A program made the translations under genes and the position numbers. A stretch of DNA of 64,000 nucleotides, taken from a virus (lineage: Duplodnaviria; Caudoviricetes). The stretch spans positions 22 to 64,021 of the IMG/VR virus record IMGVR_UViG_3300032893_001402; one strand, 5' to 3'. Numbering within the stretch: position 1 is the stretch's first letter; every line of letters starts with the position of its first letter. Under the pieces are notes generated by a model. That model saw nothing but the letters and a program-made list of their open reading frames with translations. It was not told where the DNA came from and did not search any database. Positions 17,750 through 26,825 of the stretch are shown here, piece after piece.

Positions 17750-18601
17750 TTAGGGACTTTGGTATCGACCTTCAATCACGGCTAGCACTTTCGAGTAATC
17801 AGGGTCAACGATTTCCTCGGGAAGCGGAGAGCCTTTGGGCAGGCGAAACTTGGTCATCATCACGTCATGTGGCCCGGTGCGCAGGCAGTATTCTACCCCC
17901 TTTCCGCGCTGTCTTTGAACGGTTTTCTTGCCGCCGATAGAAACCGCTTTTTCGATCATTACGGGGCGCTTGAACGTCTGGACAACGTAATCACAAGCCG
18001 GATTAAGCCAGCCTGTAACCGAGGGAATCAGAGCCGCCCCAACGGTTGGAGTGATTGAATCAGCCACCCCCTGTTCGTCGCCACCGCCAAAGATTCGTTC
18101 CTGGGCAATAATGACGACATTCCCCGGCAGATTCAAGAGGGCTCGAAAACATTCCTTGCACCGTAGAGCTACCTCGCCCCATTGCTGCTGTTGGGCGATT
18201 CCCCACTGTTTCTGAGCGGGTAGCGAGTCGATGCCTAAAACTTCGCGCAAATGGAGATCGGCCAGACCGCTGGCGTGGTCGAGCACCGTAGTAGCGTATT
18301 CGCCGGTATCTGATTCGAGGCTAGCGCGCAAGTCGTCACTATTGCGAATGATCGTAGGATGAATTTTCTTGCGGTACTCTGGAGTGTTGATCGATCGCAG
18401 CTCGCCCGGCTTATCCCCACCAGAGCAAATAAACCAGCGGATAGGCCCTGGAAAAGTCGCCGCGAAAGTCGTCTTGCCTGTTCCGCTCTGTCCATAGAGC
18501 AGCATCCGAACGCAGTCCACCAGATCCCATGCCGAAGCTTGATCCGTTGGACGTTTCGCTGCCGGAGCGCGATTGCTTTGCTTGTTCCCTACCGTGGGCA
18601 T
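17750..18601 (-). CDS. Sak4-like (AAA_24) ATPase/recombinase
   Basis: LLYGQSGTGKTTFAATFP, TTVLDH, NVVIIAQE, CDYV. Confidence 0.85.
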   Translation of the reverse strand: MPTVGNKQSNRAPAAKRPTDQASAWDLVDCVRMLLYGQSGTGKTTFAATFPGPIRWFICSGGDKPGELRSINTPEYRKKIHPTIIRNSDDLRASLESDTGEYATTVLDHASGLADLHLREVLGIDSLPAQKQWGIAQQQQWGEVALRCKECFRALLNLPGNVVIIAQERIFGGGDEQGVADSITPTVGAALIPSVTGWLNPACDYVVQTFKRPVMIEKAVSIGGKKTVQRQRGKGVEYCLRTGPHDVMMTKFRLPKGSPLPEEIVDPDYSKVLAVIEGRYQSP

Positions 18602-18602
18602 G

Positions 18603-19748
18603 TTAGGCTAGCTCCTCAAAGAGTATATCCGTTACGCGCAGCCCTACTGTCGAACCCGATTCGAGGTAGCTGTCAACGTCGCTACTGCCACCTTCGTCGA
18701 GCGGATTAAAAACTCCGAACGGATGGCGCCAATGGACAGCCCTATAAGGATCTTCACGCGGCGCTCTAAACACATCGGACGGATTACTCAGTATCCAATC
18801 GTACCACTCGCACAGTTGCTCTAGAATCGGGTCTAAAAATTCGCGCCAGAATCTTGTTATGTCCGCTCCCGAGACTCCAACAGGCCAGCGCGCAAAGTAG
18901 GTTTCGGGGGATTCGGCGATTATACCAGCCAGTCTAGCGTAGAATTCTTCCGCCGATTCCCCTTGGGGGTTTTTCTTGGTCGGCTGGTGGCGGACGATTG
19001 TGCCTTTGCCACCGCTAAGTGGACGGCGCACAACGTTGTAGCGGACTCCCTTCAGGCCTAAGTTACGACCGAACGATAGGGCTCGGCAAATATCTGGAAT
19101 GTGAGATTCGAGCGCCACCAAATAAAACATCGTCTGGAGATCGAATGTCAGTTGGCGCTTGATTTGTTGCTCGTTAATGTCCCCCCGCGTTTTGTGCTCG
19201 AAGAGGTAGATTCCAGCCTCTTTCCCCTTTTTGATAAGCTCTACTCTGTCCCATTTGCCGCGCAATCTAACTATGCGCTTCGATGGCAAGATATAAGGTA
19301 CGTCAAAAGTCTGCTCGCTCAATAGCGTAGTCCGCTGCTCTGTCTCGGGGTGCTGAGCCCAATAACGGACGTAGATCGGAAATTGCGCTTGGCAGACACT
19401 ATACCAGTGCAAAATCTGCTCTTGCTGGAGTGGATAGCGCTTGCACTGAGTTTCGACATAACTGCGAAGAGGCTCCAGACTCTGAGATTCTTCGCAAATG
19501 TGCCACATATTGCCGTAGCCTAGTCGATGATTCCAGGTATCAGCGGGGCGCAGTCCTTTTACCGCGTAGAGTCGGAATCGCTCCCGACAGACAAGGAATC
19601 TGCTCAAGAGGCCTTGGGTTACTCCCCCGTTAGGTCCTGCGCCGCTAGGACCACTCCAGAGAGGAGCCGTGTCCATCGATGGGCACTTTTGCTTGGCGCG
19701 CTTAATCGCTGCCGCGAGATTGCTTGTTTTCTTGGCTACTCTCTGCAT
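18603..19748 (-). CDS. PD-(D/E)xK exonuclease (RecB/Cas4-like)
   Basis: LRGKWDRV..LFEHKT..LQTMFY; YGNMWH helix motif. Confidence 0.8.
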   Translation of the reverse strand: MQRVAKKTSNLAAAIKRAKQKCPSMDTAPLWSGPSGAGPNGGVTQGLLSRFLVCRERFRLYAVKGLRPADTWNHRLGYGNMWHICEESQSLEPLRSYVETQCKRYPLQQEQILHWYSVCQAQFPIYVRYWAQHPETEQRTTLLSEQTFDVPYILPSKRIVRLRGKWDRVELIKKGKEAGIYLFEHKTRGDINEQQIKRQLTFDLQTMFYLVALESHIPDICRALSFGRNLGLKGVRYNVVRRPLSGGKGTIVRHQPTKKNPQGESAEEFYARLAGIIAESPETYFARWPVGVSGADITRFWREFLDPILEQLCEWYDWILSNPSDVFRAPREDPYRAVHWRHPFGVFNPLDEGGSSDVDSYLESGSTVGLRVTDILFEELA

Positions 19749-19938
19749 TACTCTTTTCCTTTGCTCTTGAGGTTTCGCGGTTGATTGCGTCTTGGACTTC
19801 GCGCCGATGCACGGAGATTTCCGGCGGGGCTTCGATTCCGAGCCGAACCTTATCTCCTCGGATCTCGACCACCTCGATTACGATTCGACCGCCATCAATC
19901 ACGAGGGATTCGTTTTTCTTCCTTGAAAGCACCAGCAT
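19702..19938 (-). CDS. csrA: Carbon storage regulator CsrA/RsmA
   Basis: MLVLSRKKNESLVI..VVEIRGDKVRLGIEAPPEISVHRREV. Confidence 0.95.
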   Translation of the reverse strand: MLVLSRKKNESLVIDGGRIVIEVVEIRGDKVRLGIEAPPEISVHRREVQDAINRETSRAKEKSNAESSQENKQSRGSD

Positions 19939-19940
19939 GG

Positions 19941-20504
19941 CTAGGACCTTTCAAAATGGTAAAACGCGCTTGCCAACACGACTTCGCAGCGTTGAGCCAG
20001 CAGCCCACGGCTTACAACAGGGGCCCGTAGTATAGCCGCCGGATGCACGATATTTACCGTATGGCAGTCCACGTAGGTCGGGCTCAACAGTTTCGGCAAC
20101 CAATTCTCGGCTAGCTTACCGACTCCGATGATGATTTTCGGGTCCGCGATCTGCACAAGCTCGTTTAGTCGATCCGCACAAGCTCGGATCGCTTTAGGCG
20201 GCGGTTCAGCGGCTTTGTCGGCTCCATCCCGGGGGATACAGGCTACCAAATTTGTTAGCGCAATCCTAGGCCGTGCCTCAGAGCCCTCTAGCGCACGCTC
20301 GATAATCAAATCAAGCAAATGCCCCGCCGGACCTCGAAAGGGCGAACCCAACACATCTTCGCTCTCGCCTGGGGCCTCGCCGACAAAAAGCGTATCGCAG
20401 GGGAGCCGCCCACGTACCAAGACGACGTGCTTTCTAGTATCGCATAAAGGGCAGAGCTTGCAGGCTTGCCAATGAAGAACATGGCTCTCATACGGAGTTC
20501 TCAT
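19941..20504 (-). CDS. Uracil-DNA glycosylase family 4 (Fe-S)
   Basis: CKLCPLC, VGEAPGESED, PFRGPAG, TNLVACIP, HPAAILR. Confidence 0.9.
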   Translation of the reverse strand: MRTPYESHVLHWQACKLCPLCDTRKHVVLVRGRLPCDTLFVGEAPGESEDVLGSPFRGPAGHLLDLIIERALEGSEARPRIALTNLVACIPRDGADKAAEPPPKAIRACADRLNELVQIADPKIIIGVGKLAENWLPKLLSPTYVDCHTVNIVHPAAILRAPVVSRGLLAQRCEVVLASAFYHFERS

Positions 20505-20713
20505 TCCAGGTTTCCAGGTTCTCTGAGTCGTGCGGCGAGCATCGTATCTGCATAGAAGTATGCAGCGCTTGTTAGGTTTTTGTCCACCCGAATAGTCGCC
20601 TCGTTGGCGGCGCTAAAACGGCTAGCAATTATCCCACATAACGCCTGTCCGGCAAACCAGTCTCGGAGTGTAAGCGTCATAGGAACAGAAAGCGCAGGAT
20701 TGTTATTGTCCAT
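20501..20713 (-). CDS. Small phage protein (TLRDWFA..AY..AD.ML family)
   Basis: LTLRDWFAGQAL..AYFYADTMLAAR, a common small phage family motif. Confidence 0.75.
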   Translation of the reverse strand: MDNNNPALSVPMTLTLRDWFAGQALCGIIASRFSAANEATIRVDKNLTSAAYFYADTMLAARLREPGNLE

Positions 20714-20714
20714 C

Positions 20715-21287
20715 TTATCCCCCTCGGTGTGTGCGGCGGCAATACTCCGCAATCAGCAGAGCGTCGGCTGTCGCTAGTGTGATATTCTGTGAAGGAAATA
20801 GCTGCTGGGCTCGCGCCTTCAGCCGATTTTTGTACTTGCTCTTGGACTCGTTCGGCTTACGCGCAGGAATACCTAAGGTCCTCTGCCATTTTTGCGGAGT
20901 TACGAGTTCGTAGGGCGCTCCAAGCGCAATAACGAGGCCTTCCAGGATTCCCGCGGATTTCCCGAAATTAAACATCGCGGAGCCCGGCAGCTTGCTCCCT
21001 TGGATAAATCCGCCAACGCGCTCGATACAGACAAAACCGGGCCTATTAACCCTATTAACAAGGTTTGGCCCTAGAATTTTCGCGCTCCCCTTTAGACAGT
21101 CCCAAACGTCTTTGTCTGTCAGCGAGCCGAGGGGGGCTAGAACAACAGCGTCTGTTCCCGAGAAAACCCACGCGATTCCTCCACTCTTGCCGGGGTCGAT
21201 TCCGACATACCACCTCGAGTTAGATACTGCTACTGATTGAGCCAGGCGAGATCGTTCCAGATGGCTAGGGCTAGGACGTTTTGGCAT
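20715..21287 (-). CDS. RuvC-like Holliday junction resolvase
   Basis: VGIDPGKSGGIA, CIERV, FNFG..G, VTPQKWQR, ADALLIAEY. Confidence 0.85.
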   Translation of the reverse strand: MPKRPSPSHLERSRLAQSVAVSNSRWYVGIDPGKSGGIAWVFSGTDAVVLAPLGSLTDKDVWDCLKGSAKILGPNLVNRVNRPGFVCIERVGGFIQGSKLPGSAMFNFGKSAGILEGLVIALGAPYELVTPQKWQRTLGIPARKPNESKSKYKNRLKARAQQLFPSQNITLATADALLIAEYCRRTHRGG

Positions 21288-21296
21288 TCGGCTTCC

Positions 21297-22385
21297 TTAG
21301 TTGGCCAATCCACGCAGAGGCTTACCGCCGTAATCGTGGGGCCAGAGTGGAGGGTCGATCAAGTGCCGATGGTCCCCTAGCTCGGGATGTTGAAAAATGA
21401 ACGGCGCGGGCGGTTCTGTGCCGTGGTAGTCTACATACATAACTCGATGCAGGTGCGAGAGAAAAAGCTTGACCGCCCAGCGTCGAGCCCTCTCGTGGAC
21501 TTGCAATGGACGGAGCTTACCTTCCTTCCAATGCCCCCAGGTTGGACTCCCTTTCATTCTGCGCCGTTCTTTCATGTATTGCGCTGCAAGCTCCCGATAC
21601 TCGCCGGCTTCATTCCTCGCGGTTAGCTCGGCCTTTTTCTTCGCGTAGAGTTGGCCGTAGAAGCACTCATCGCGCCCCGAGAATTTTACGAAACACTCGC
21701 CCATACGATAGGCGCAAATTGCTTTGAGCTTGGCATTGTAAGGTCTCACGGAGAGCCAGGAAATTAGCCCTTCAGCGCCTTTCTTTAACGTAGTCGATTC
21801 CCGATCGAACGAACGGAATCCCTCGTTAAAGACGCGCACCGCGTTGACTTCGTGTTGGCCGCTAGCTGCTTTGATAGCCGTTGCCATGTCTTGGGTGAGA
21901 GTTTTTGAATCTCCGACTACCGACTTGACTAATTCTTCAGCTGCGGTTTTCCCCAGCCATTTGCAGGTCGGGTCGAGTCCGGCAAAGCGCCACATGTGCC
22001 CCACGGTCGGGGCTTTGGCAATGTCGAAGTGGCTCAAGAGCCCCGCCGAGATAACAGGGCCGATTCCGTACTGAGCTTGGAGCCAGCGGCCGACCGCGTA
22101 GGCCTTTGCGAATTCTCCGAGAGCGCTCTTTAAGCCCGACTCGAATTGGCGCATCGATGTAAAAATCCATTCGACTAAACGATAGGGCTCGCCCCCTTCG
22201 GCTGACGCTCTCTTCTGTCCGGCGGCGCGAATTCGTTCATCTTGCAAGCAGTAATACATATCAACGACCCACCTGGCATGCCTGCGCGTGAGACCCGCGG
22301 CGCTCTGCTGAATATCCTTTCGGAGCTTGGTGAAGAGTTCGATTGTAACGTCATCGATTTCGTTTGAGACTTCTAGGGCTGGCAC
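21297..22385 (-). CDS. Nop-domain/IS110-like RNA-binding protein without nuclease domain (TasA-like)
   Basis: Coiled coil (VDMYYCLQDERIR), GIGPVISAGLL, MWRFAGLDP, PYNAKLK, HERARRWAVKLFLSHL; lacks the N-terminal DEDD RuvC domain of IS110 transposases; likely GTG start at 22385 after GGAG; directly downstream of the 36-nt array. Confidence 0.8.
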   Translation of the reverse strand: MPALEVSNEIDDVTIELFTKLRKDIQQSAAGLTRRHARWVVDMYYCLQDERIRAAGQKRASAEGGEPYRLVEWIFTSMRQFESGLKSALGEFAKAYAVGRWLQAQYGIGPVISAGLLSHFDIAKAPTVGHMWRFAGLDPTCKWLGKTAAEELVKSVVGDSKTLTQDMATAIKAASGQHEVNAVRVFNEGFRSFDRESTTLKKGAEGLISWLSVRPYNAKLKAICAYRMGECFVKFSGRDECFYGQLYAKKKAELTARNEAGEYRELAAQYMKERRRMKGSPTWGHWKEGKLRPLQVHERARRWAVKLFLSHLHRVMYVDYHGTEPPAPFIFQHPELGDHRHLIDPPLWPHDYGGKPLRGLAN

Positions 22386-22420
22386 ACTTTGCTCCAATAC
22401 AAAAAGGTAAAACAACGCTC

Positions 22421-22740
22421 CATAGTCACAAATAGTCGCAGGCTTCGGCTACACTCAACGTTTGCAGATAATCAGCCGCTTCGGTTGTACTCGCGCCATT
22501 CAAACAATCACATGTTACGGTTGCACTTACGGCCTTCAAATAATCTTACATTCCGGTTGTACTCACACCCTTCAAATAATCACACATCACGGTTGCACTC
22601 ACCGTTGCTAGACGATCTCGCTTTTCGGTTGCGCCCTGAGTGTCCAAATAATCCTGCCGACCGGCTACTCGTATGGATCGAATAATCCTGCATCACGATT
22701 GCGCTCCTCTGTTACAAACGATCTGCCATTCCGGCTACTC
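22421..22740 (-). repeat. TIGR-like array: 9 units of 36 nt with two alternating repeats and two 8-nt variable segments
   Basis: Plus-strand 9-mer caaataatc-like at 22429, 22465, 22501, 22537, 22573, 22609, 22645, 22679, 22715, alternating with 11-mer cggttgyactc (9-mer cggctactc in two units); all intervening 8-mers differ. Confidence 0.9.
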
Positions 22741-23088
22741 CCACGCCTCGGCCGCCGCGCGGTTAGCCTCGATAGCTTGGCAAATCTCTGGCACCGTAGC
22801 GTCGAGATTGCCAATGGCCTTACGAATTGGCGCCATTGCGCCTTCGTGGACCGCGGACCAATTACTATCGAGCTGCCGATAGCCTGCCTGAACCTCAGCA
22901 AGCTCCGCTTTCAGCCGCTCGACTTCCGCCGCATGGGCGGCGCGCTCGGCAGCGAACGCATCAAGCACGTCCCGGCTTTCAATCAACAGATCGCGAACCT
23001 CTACATGGTCTGCCATTTCGAGATTGAACAATGCGCCCGATTGCAGGTACGCCCTGATGCGCTCTGCCACTTGTTCTGCTGGGGTCAT
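22735..23088 (-). CDS. Hypothetical coiled-coil protein
   Basis: Natural-looking ORF whose TAG stop lies inside the first repeat of the array. Confidence 0.7.
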   Translation of the reverse strand: MTPAEQVAERIRAYLQSGALFNLEMADHVEVRDLLIESRDVLDAFAAERAAHAAEVERLKAELAEVQAGYRQLDSNWSAVHEGAMAPIRKAIGNLDATVPEICQAIEANRAAAEAWE

Positions 23089-23091
23089 GTG

Positions 23092-23346
23092 TCAATTCCC
23101 TTCCGCGTATTCGGCTATGAGGCGACGCAGGAACTCGCGACACTCGTCCTGCCGCGCATCAAGGAACGCCTCGCCCTCGGCCTCGGATACGTGCGGCTCG
23201 CCGATTTCCTCCAGGGCCGCGAACAGCGACCAGTAGCCAGCGAAGAACGCTTTTTTCATTTCCCGCCGTTGAACTTCGCTGGCCGGCGTTCCCTTGAACA
23301 CCATCTCGGAAAACGACTGCCATTCTTTTTCGATTGAGTTCAGCAT
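23092..23346 (-). CDS. Hypothetical phage protein
   Basis: QRREMKKAFFAG motif; GGAG RBS. Confidence 0.7.
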   Translation of the reverse strand: MLNSIEKEWQSFSEMVFKGTPASEVQRREMKKAFFAGYWSLFAALEEIGEPHVSEAEGEAFLDARQDECREFLRRLIAEYAEGN

Positions 23347-23639
23347 GTGTTACTCCAGCCAGCTCGGCGGAAGCACATAGCAGTCGGATGCCGACGCCGC
23401 AGGCGATCTCGCCAGGATGTAGGGGCAGGTACGCAATAGCAATTCATGTGGTCATCCATCGCAGTCGCTCCTCTTATTGATCTACCTCGTATCGCCGCGT
23501 CGCTTCCCGTTTCTGCTCGTGCGTCCTGTTGGCGGCCTCGAACTCCCGCTCGATGATCCGCGGATCTCGGCTTCATTCCGTAATCTACCGACAGGGCTCA
23601 TCATTTCGTACTCCCTTCCTGTGTTATTCCCGGGGTGTA

Positions 23640-23960
23640 ATATAACGTCCGATACTGACCCCTGCTAGGTGAGGTTAGCTGGCTTCCTTCTCTCTGAAAT
23701 TTCTTGGTCTTCGACCCCTTGCGTAGTCAAGTAGATTATATTACAATGTACACCGGACCACCCTACTACTACACACTACATAGTAGTGTATATGTAGTAG
23801 AAGAGTAATGGAGATAAGAGCTTACGGAGTTCTTGTCTCCAAGGCTATCCTCTCTCGATAGCCCTTCTCAGCCAAACTTTTCCTAGAAAAGTTTTCTCTC
23901 GCTGAGTCAAAAGATTCTGGGCTTTACAGCTCTCTAGCCGATCTTATAATCATCCCTGTT
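23640..23960. promoter_or_regulatory. AT-rich divergent control region, possible replication origin
   Basis: Gene orientation switches here. Sigma-70-like TTGCGT-17-TACAAT (23719-23747) and TTTACA-16-TATAAT (23923-23950); nested inverted repeats of CTACTAC/GTAGTAG around 23763-23800. Confidence 0.55.
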
Positions 23961-24004
23961 ACGGATGCCCTACCTAAAAGCGCCATGTGAGAGGAGCAAA
24001 CACA

Positions 24005-24268
24005 ATGGCCCCAATTGCTGCTAGCGGAGTCTACCCGCCGATCTCCCGCCCTACCTCTGGACCTGTCGCGATGATCTCGCCAGGCTTTCCTACACTCTGT
24101 CCTGTCTGTCACGCCCCACGAACCGGCTTGATCGCCGGGGGAGCCCAGACGGCTAAACGCTGTGTCTATGCTTGCGGGGGCGGTTACGGCTTCGGCAGGG
24201 TCACATCGATAGGGGACCGAGTTGTATGGGTCGGCCGGTGTGGATCGCCCCAGAAGCCGGCTTCCTAA
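24005..24268 (+). CDS. Small Cys-containing hypothetical protein
   Basis: GAGGAG RBS; CPVC..YACG..C. Confidence 0.55.
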   Translation: MAPIAASGVYPPISRPTSGPVAMISPGFPTLCPVCHAPRTGLIAGGAQTAKRCVYACGGGYGFGRVTSIGDRVVWVGRCGSPQKPAS

Positions 24269-24646
24269 GCCATTTTTGTCGGCGCTTTTAGCGAAAATCT
24301 GCCCTAATCTCTGTCTCGCCGCGGCAATCGGAGACACGGGCGAAGACGGGACAAGAGCCCGGATTACTCTTCTTATTCCCCACGGAGCAAGCGCCGTTGA
24401 CGCATCTAGAGGTAGAGGTATCCCTGTCCTCGGGGCCGGCGGTTGTTTTGGTACGTTGATGCCAGTAACCGAGACCAAAAGCTTCTCAACACTAGCCGAA
24501 GAATACGACCGATTAGTTACAGACTACGCGGCGGCGCGAAATTCCCAAAAATAGCCCTAACCTCTTATTCTAGCAAGACTTAAAGTGCGGTAATGGTTGC
24601 CGTACGAACTCCGTTTGATGGCTCGAACGTGGAAAGGATTGTGAGA

Positions 24647-26086
24647 ATGGCCCCTAAACTCGCGGATCTCCGCAAGCCCAAAACTGCCCAACAGGCTCCC
24701 GATACTGAACAGCGCGAAATTGTCTATCCTGAGCCTCAAGTCTTTATCCGTTCTGACTTTACAGCCGCCGATGCAAAGGAACTTTTGGGGTGGGAAGAGG
24801 AAACCGAGGCCGTAAAGTTCTCCAAGGGTGGCTACTTATTAACTGACCGCCATGGAAAGCGCTGCCGCTGTGTCGCTAATACCAGAAACCGGGATTTCAG
24901 CCTGGCTCTCGCCGAATGCTGGCGACAAGAAATGCTCCGTCGCCGATGGCAGCTAAACGGCGAGACGATCATCCTTGATAAGTACGGCGAGATCGTAAGC
25001 GGTCAGCATCGACTAATCGGGTTGATCCTTGCCGAGCAGGACCGCGGGCTAAACGAGTCTTGGTCAGCTGAATGGCCCTCGCCTGTCTCAATCCCGATCA
25101 TTCTGGTCGTAGGGATCGACGATGCCGACGATGTAGTCAATACGGTCGATACCGCTAAGCGCCGCGAGCTGGCCGATGTATTTTTCCGTTCGGGACACTT
25201 CGCCGAAAAGAACACTACAGATCGGCGCGTTATTTCCAGAATCGCGAGCTGGGGCTTGCGAGTACTTTGGAATCGGACTCAGGCCGGTAGTAATTCATTT
25301 GAGCCGGAGTTTCTGCAACGCTCTCACGCTGAGGCAATGGACTTCTGGGCGCGCCATCCTCGGCTGAAAGCCTGTGTTACCCACATTTTTGAGGAGAACA
25401 CGGGAGACCGGATCTCAACCCACATTTCGCCAGGCTTGGCAGCCGGCATTATGTATTTGATGGGCTGCTCAACCACGAAGGACCCGAGCCGATACCACGA
25501 ACTAGGAGCTTCGGCCGATGAAAGTCTGCTTACTTGGGATTGCTGGTCGCGCGCTCAAGACTTCTGGGCAGAGTTTGCGGGCGGCTCGGAAAGTGTTTCA
25601 GCAGTGCGCGAAGCCATCGCCAATCTAGCCGAAGGGGGCACGACCGCCGAAAAGCTTGCCATCGTTGCCAAAGGCTGGAATGCCTACTGGAGAAATGAAG
25701 CGGTAAGCCTATCCGACGTAAGACTCTCTTACAGCAAAGACGAAGCCGATATATCCCGGCTTGATGAACTCGTAACCCTCGGTGGGATCGATCTCGGAGA
25801 ATCCAGGCGAGATCCGATCGAAGTCGTTCCCTCGGCTCAAGAGATCGCACAACGTAAGGCCGAGGTTGATGCGGCCCGCGAGAAAGCGAACGCCGAAGCC
25901 GCCAAGAAACCCGCCAGAGGCTCGAAAATAGGCTCCAGTAAATCTCCTACTAGACCGAAGAAACCTGAGAGGCGCGCTGCCAAAGCCGAGGCTGAGGTAG
26001 AGTATATCGAGTTCAAAAACGAGCAAGGGGACGATTGCATAGCTATTGCTCCTAAGAAAAAGCGCCCAAAGAGAAAAAAGTCCTAG
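24647..26086 (+). CDS. ParB/Srx-like N-terminal domain protein with basic C-terminal tail
   Basis: NRDFS..EMLRRRWQLNGETIILDKYGEIVSGQHRLIG..VDTAKRR, typical of phage ParB-like proteins. Confidence 0.75.
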   Translation: MAPKLADLRKPKTAQQAPDTEQREIVYPEPQVFIRSDFTAADAKELLGWEEETEAVKFSKGGYLLTDRHGKRCRCVANTRNRDFSLALAECWRQEMLRRRWQLNGETIILDKYGEIVSGQHRLIGLILAEQDRGLNESWSAEWPSPVSIPIILVVGIDDADDVVNTVDTAKRRELADVFFRSGHFAEKNTTDRRVISRIASWGLRVLWNRTQAGSNSFEPEFLQRSHAEAMDFWARHPRLKACVTHIFEENTGDRISTHISPGLAAGIMYLMGCSTTKDPSRYHELGASADESLLTWDCWSRAQDFWAEFAGGSESVSAVREAIANLAEGGTTAEKLAIVAKGWNAYWRNEAVSLSDVRLSYSKDEADISRLDELVTLGGIDLGESRRDPIEVVPSAQEIAQRKAEVDAAREKANAEAAKKPARGSKIGSSKSPTRPKKPERRAAKAEAEVEYIEFKNEQGDDCIAIAPKKKRPKRKKS

Positions 26087-26111
26087 ACCTAAACCCTTAG
26101 CCTGTTAGCTC

Positions 26112-26192
26112 TTATGCGGCGCGAATAATAATTTCTCTGCAAAATCAGTTGCGTTATTCGCGCCGCTATGTATAATTGTATTATGCGGCGTT
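26112..26192 (+). promoter_or_regulatory. Sigma-70-like promoter overlapped by inverted-repeat operator candidates
   Basis: TTGCGT (26149)-16-TATAAT (26171); GCGGCGCGAATAA (26116) and TTATTCGCGCCGC (26154) are perfect inverted copies; TTATGCGGCG occurs twice. Confidence 0.65.
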
Positions 26193-26407
26193 AAGAAGAA
26201 TCACGACACACTTTAACTAAGAGAGAAAACGATGACTAATAGAGGTGACCCCCTAACCGCCACTCCCCCGCGCTCGCCGTGGCCGGCCAAGCCACTCCGT
26301 GATGCCGTTAGGCGTTGGCGGGCGCGGGGCCTTTGATCGGCGATTTATTGCAACAACGACATTCGCCGGCCTCGGCCGGCCCCATTGAAGGAGAAAAGGA
26401 GAAGAAG

Positions 26408-26605
26408 ATGAAGACGGTCGAAGAATTGCGCAGTGAGATGCGATCGGAAAACTTTTTCGCCGCCTTTTACGCCGCCAAGGAACTCCAGTCGCGCGCCGCC
26501 CTGTCGGACGTGGACTTCGTCGGCACGGTCATTTCGCGCGAATCGCTGACGAGTCCAGAGCTGGATAGCTGGGACCGCATGTGCCGCGCGTCGGGCCGTC
26601 AATGA
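26408..26605 (+). CDS. Small early protein starting MKTVEEL
   Basis: AAGGAG RBS. Confidence 0.65.
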   Translation: MKTVEELRSEMRSENFFAAFYAAKELQSRAALSDVDFVGTVISRESLTSPELDSWDRMCRASGRQ

Positions 26606-26825
26606 CTTCCGCAGCCAGAGGAATGTTCTTCCGGGCCGGCGCGGCCCCATTGAAGGTAGTACGGTTTCTGAAACGGTGATATTACCGTACGATTTCCGCG
26701 CCGGCCCCTTTTTGCGTCCTTTCGCCGCGCTGTGCGGCTCCATCGAAGGTTGAATGGGTGCGTTGAACAGCCGCCATTTGACAGTCATTCCGCACAGCGC
26801 GGCGCTGAAATAAGGAGAGACGAAG

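Noticed and set aside
18603-19748. Cas4 of a CRISPR system
   Set aside because: Sits in the usual exonuclease-Sak4-SSB recombination module; no other cas genes.
21297-22415. IS110 transposase / insertion sequence
   Set aside because: No N-terminal DEDD catalytic domain; the gene is embedded in the phage operon next to an array.
22389-22685. 98-aa plus-strand ORF with 12-aa periodicity (RLHS..NN)
   Set aside because: It is the translation of the 36-nt array, antisense to the operon; the periodicity breaks at the 34-nt unit.
22421-22740. Array as a CRISPR
   Set aside because: Repeats are 9 and 11 nt and alternate, spacers are 8 nt, and there is no cas1/cas2; this fits TIGR-like rather than CRISPR architecture.
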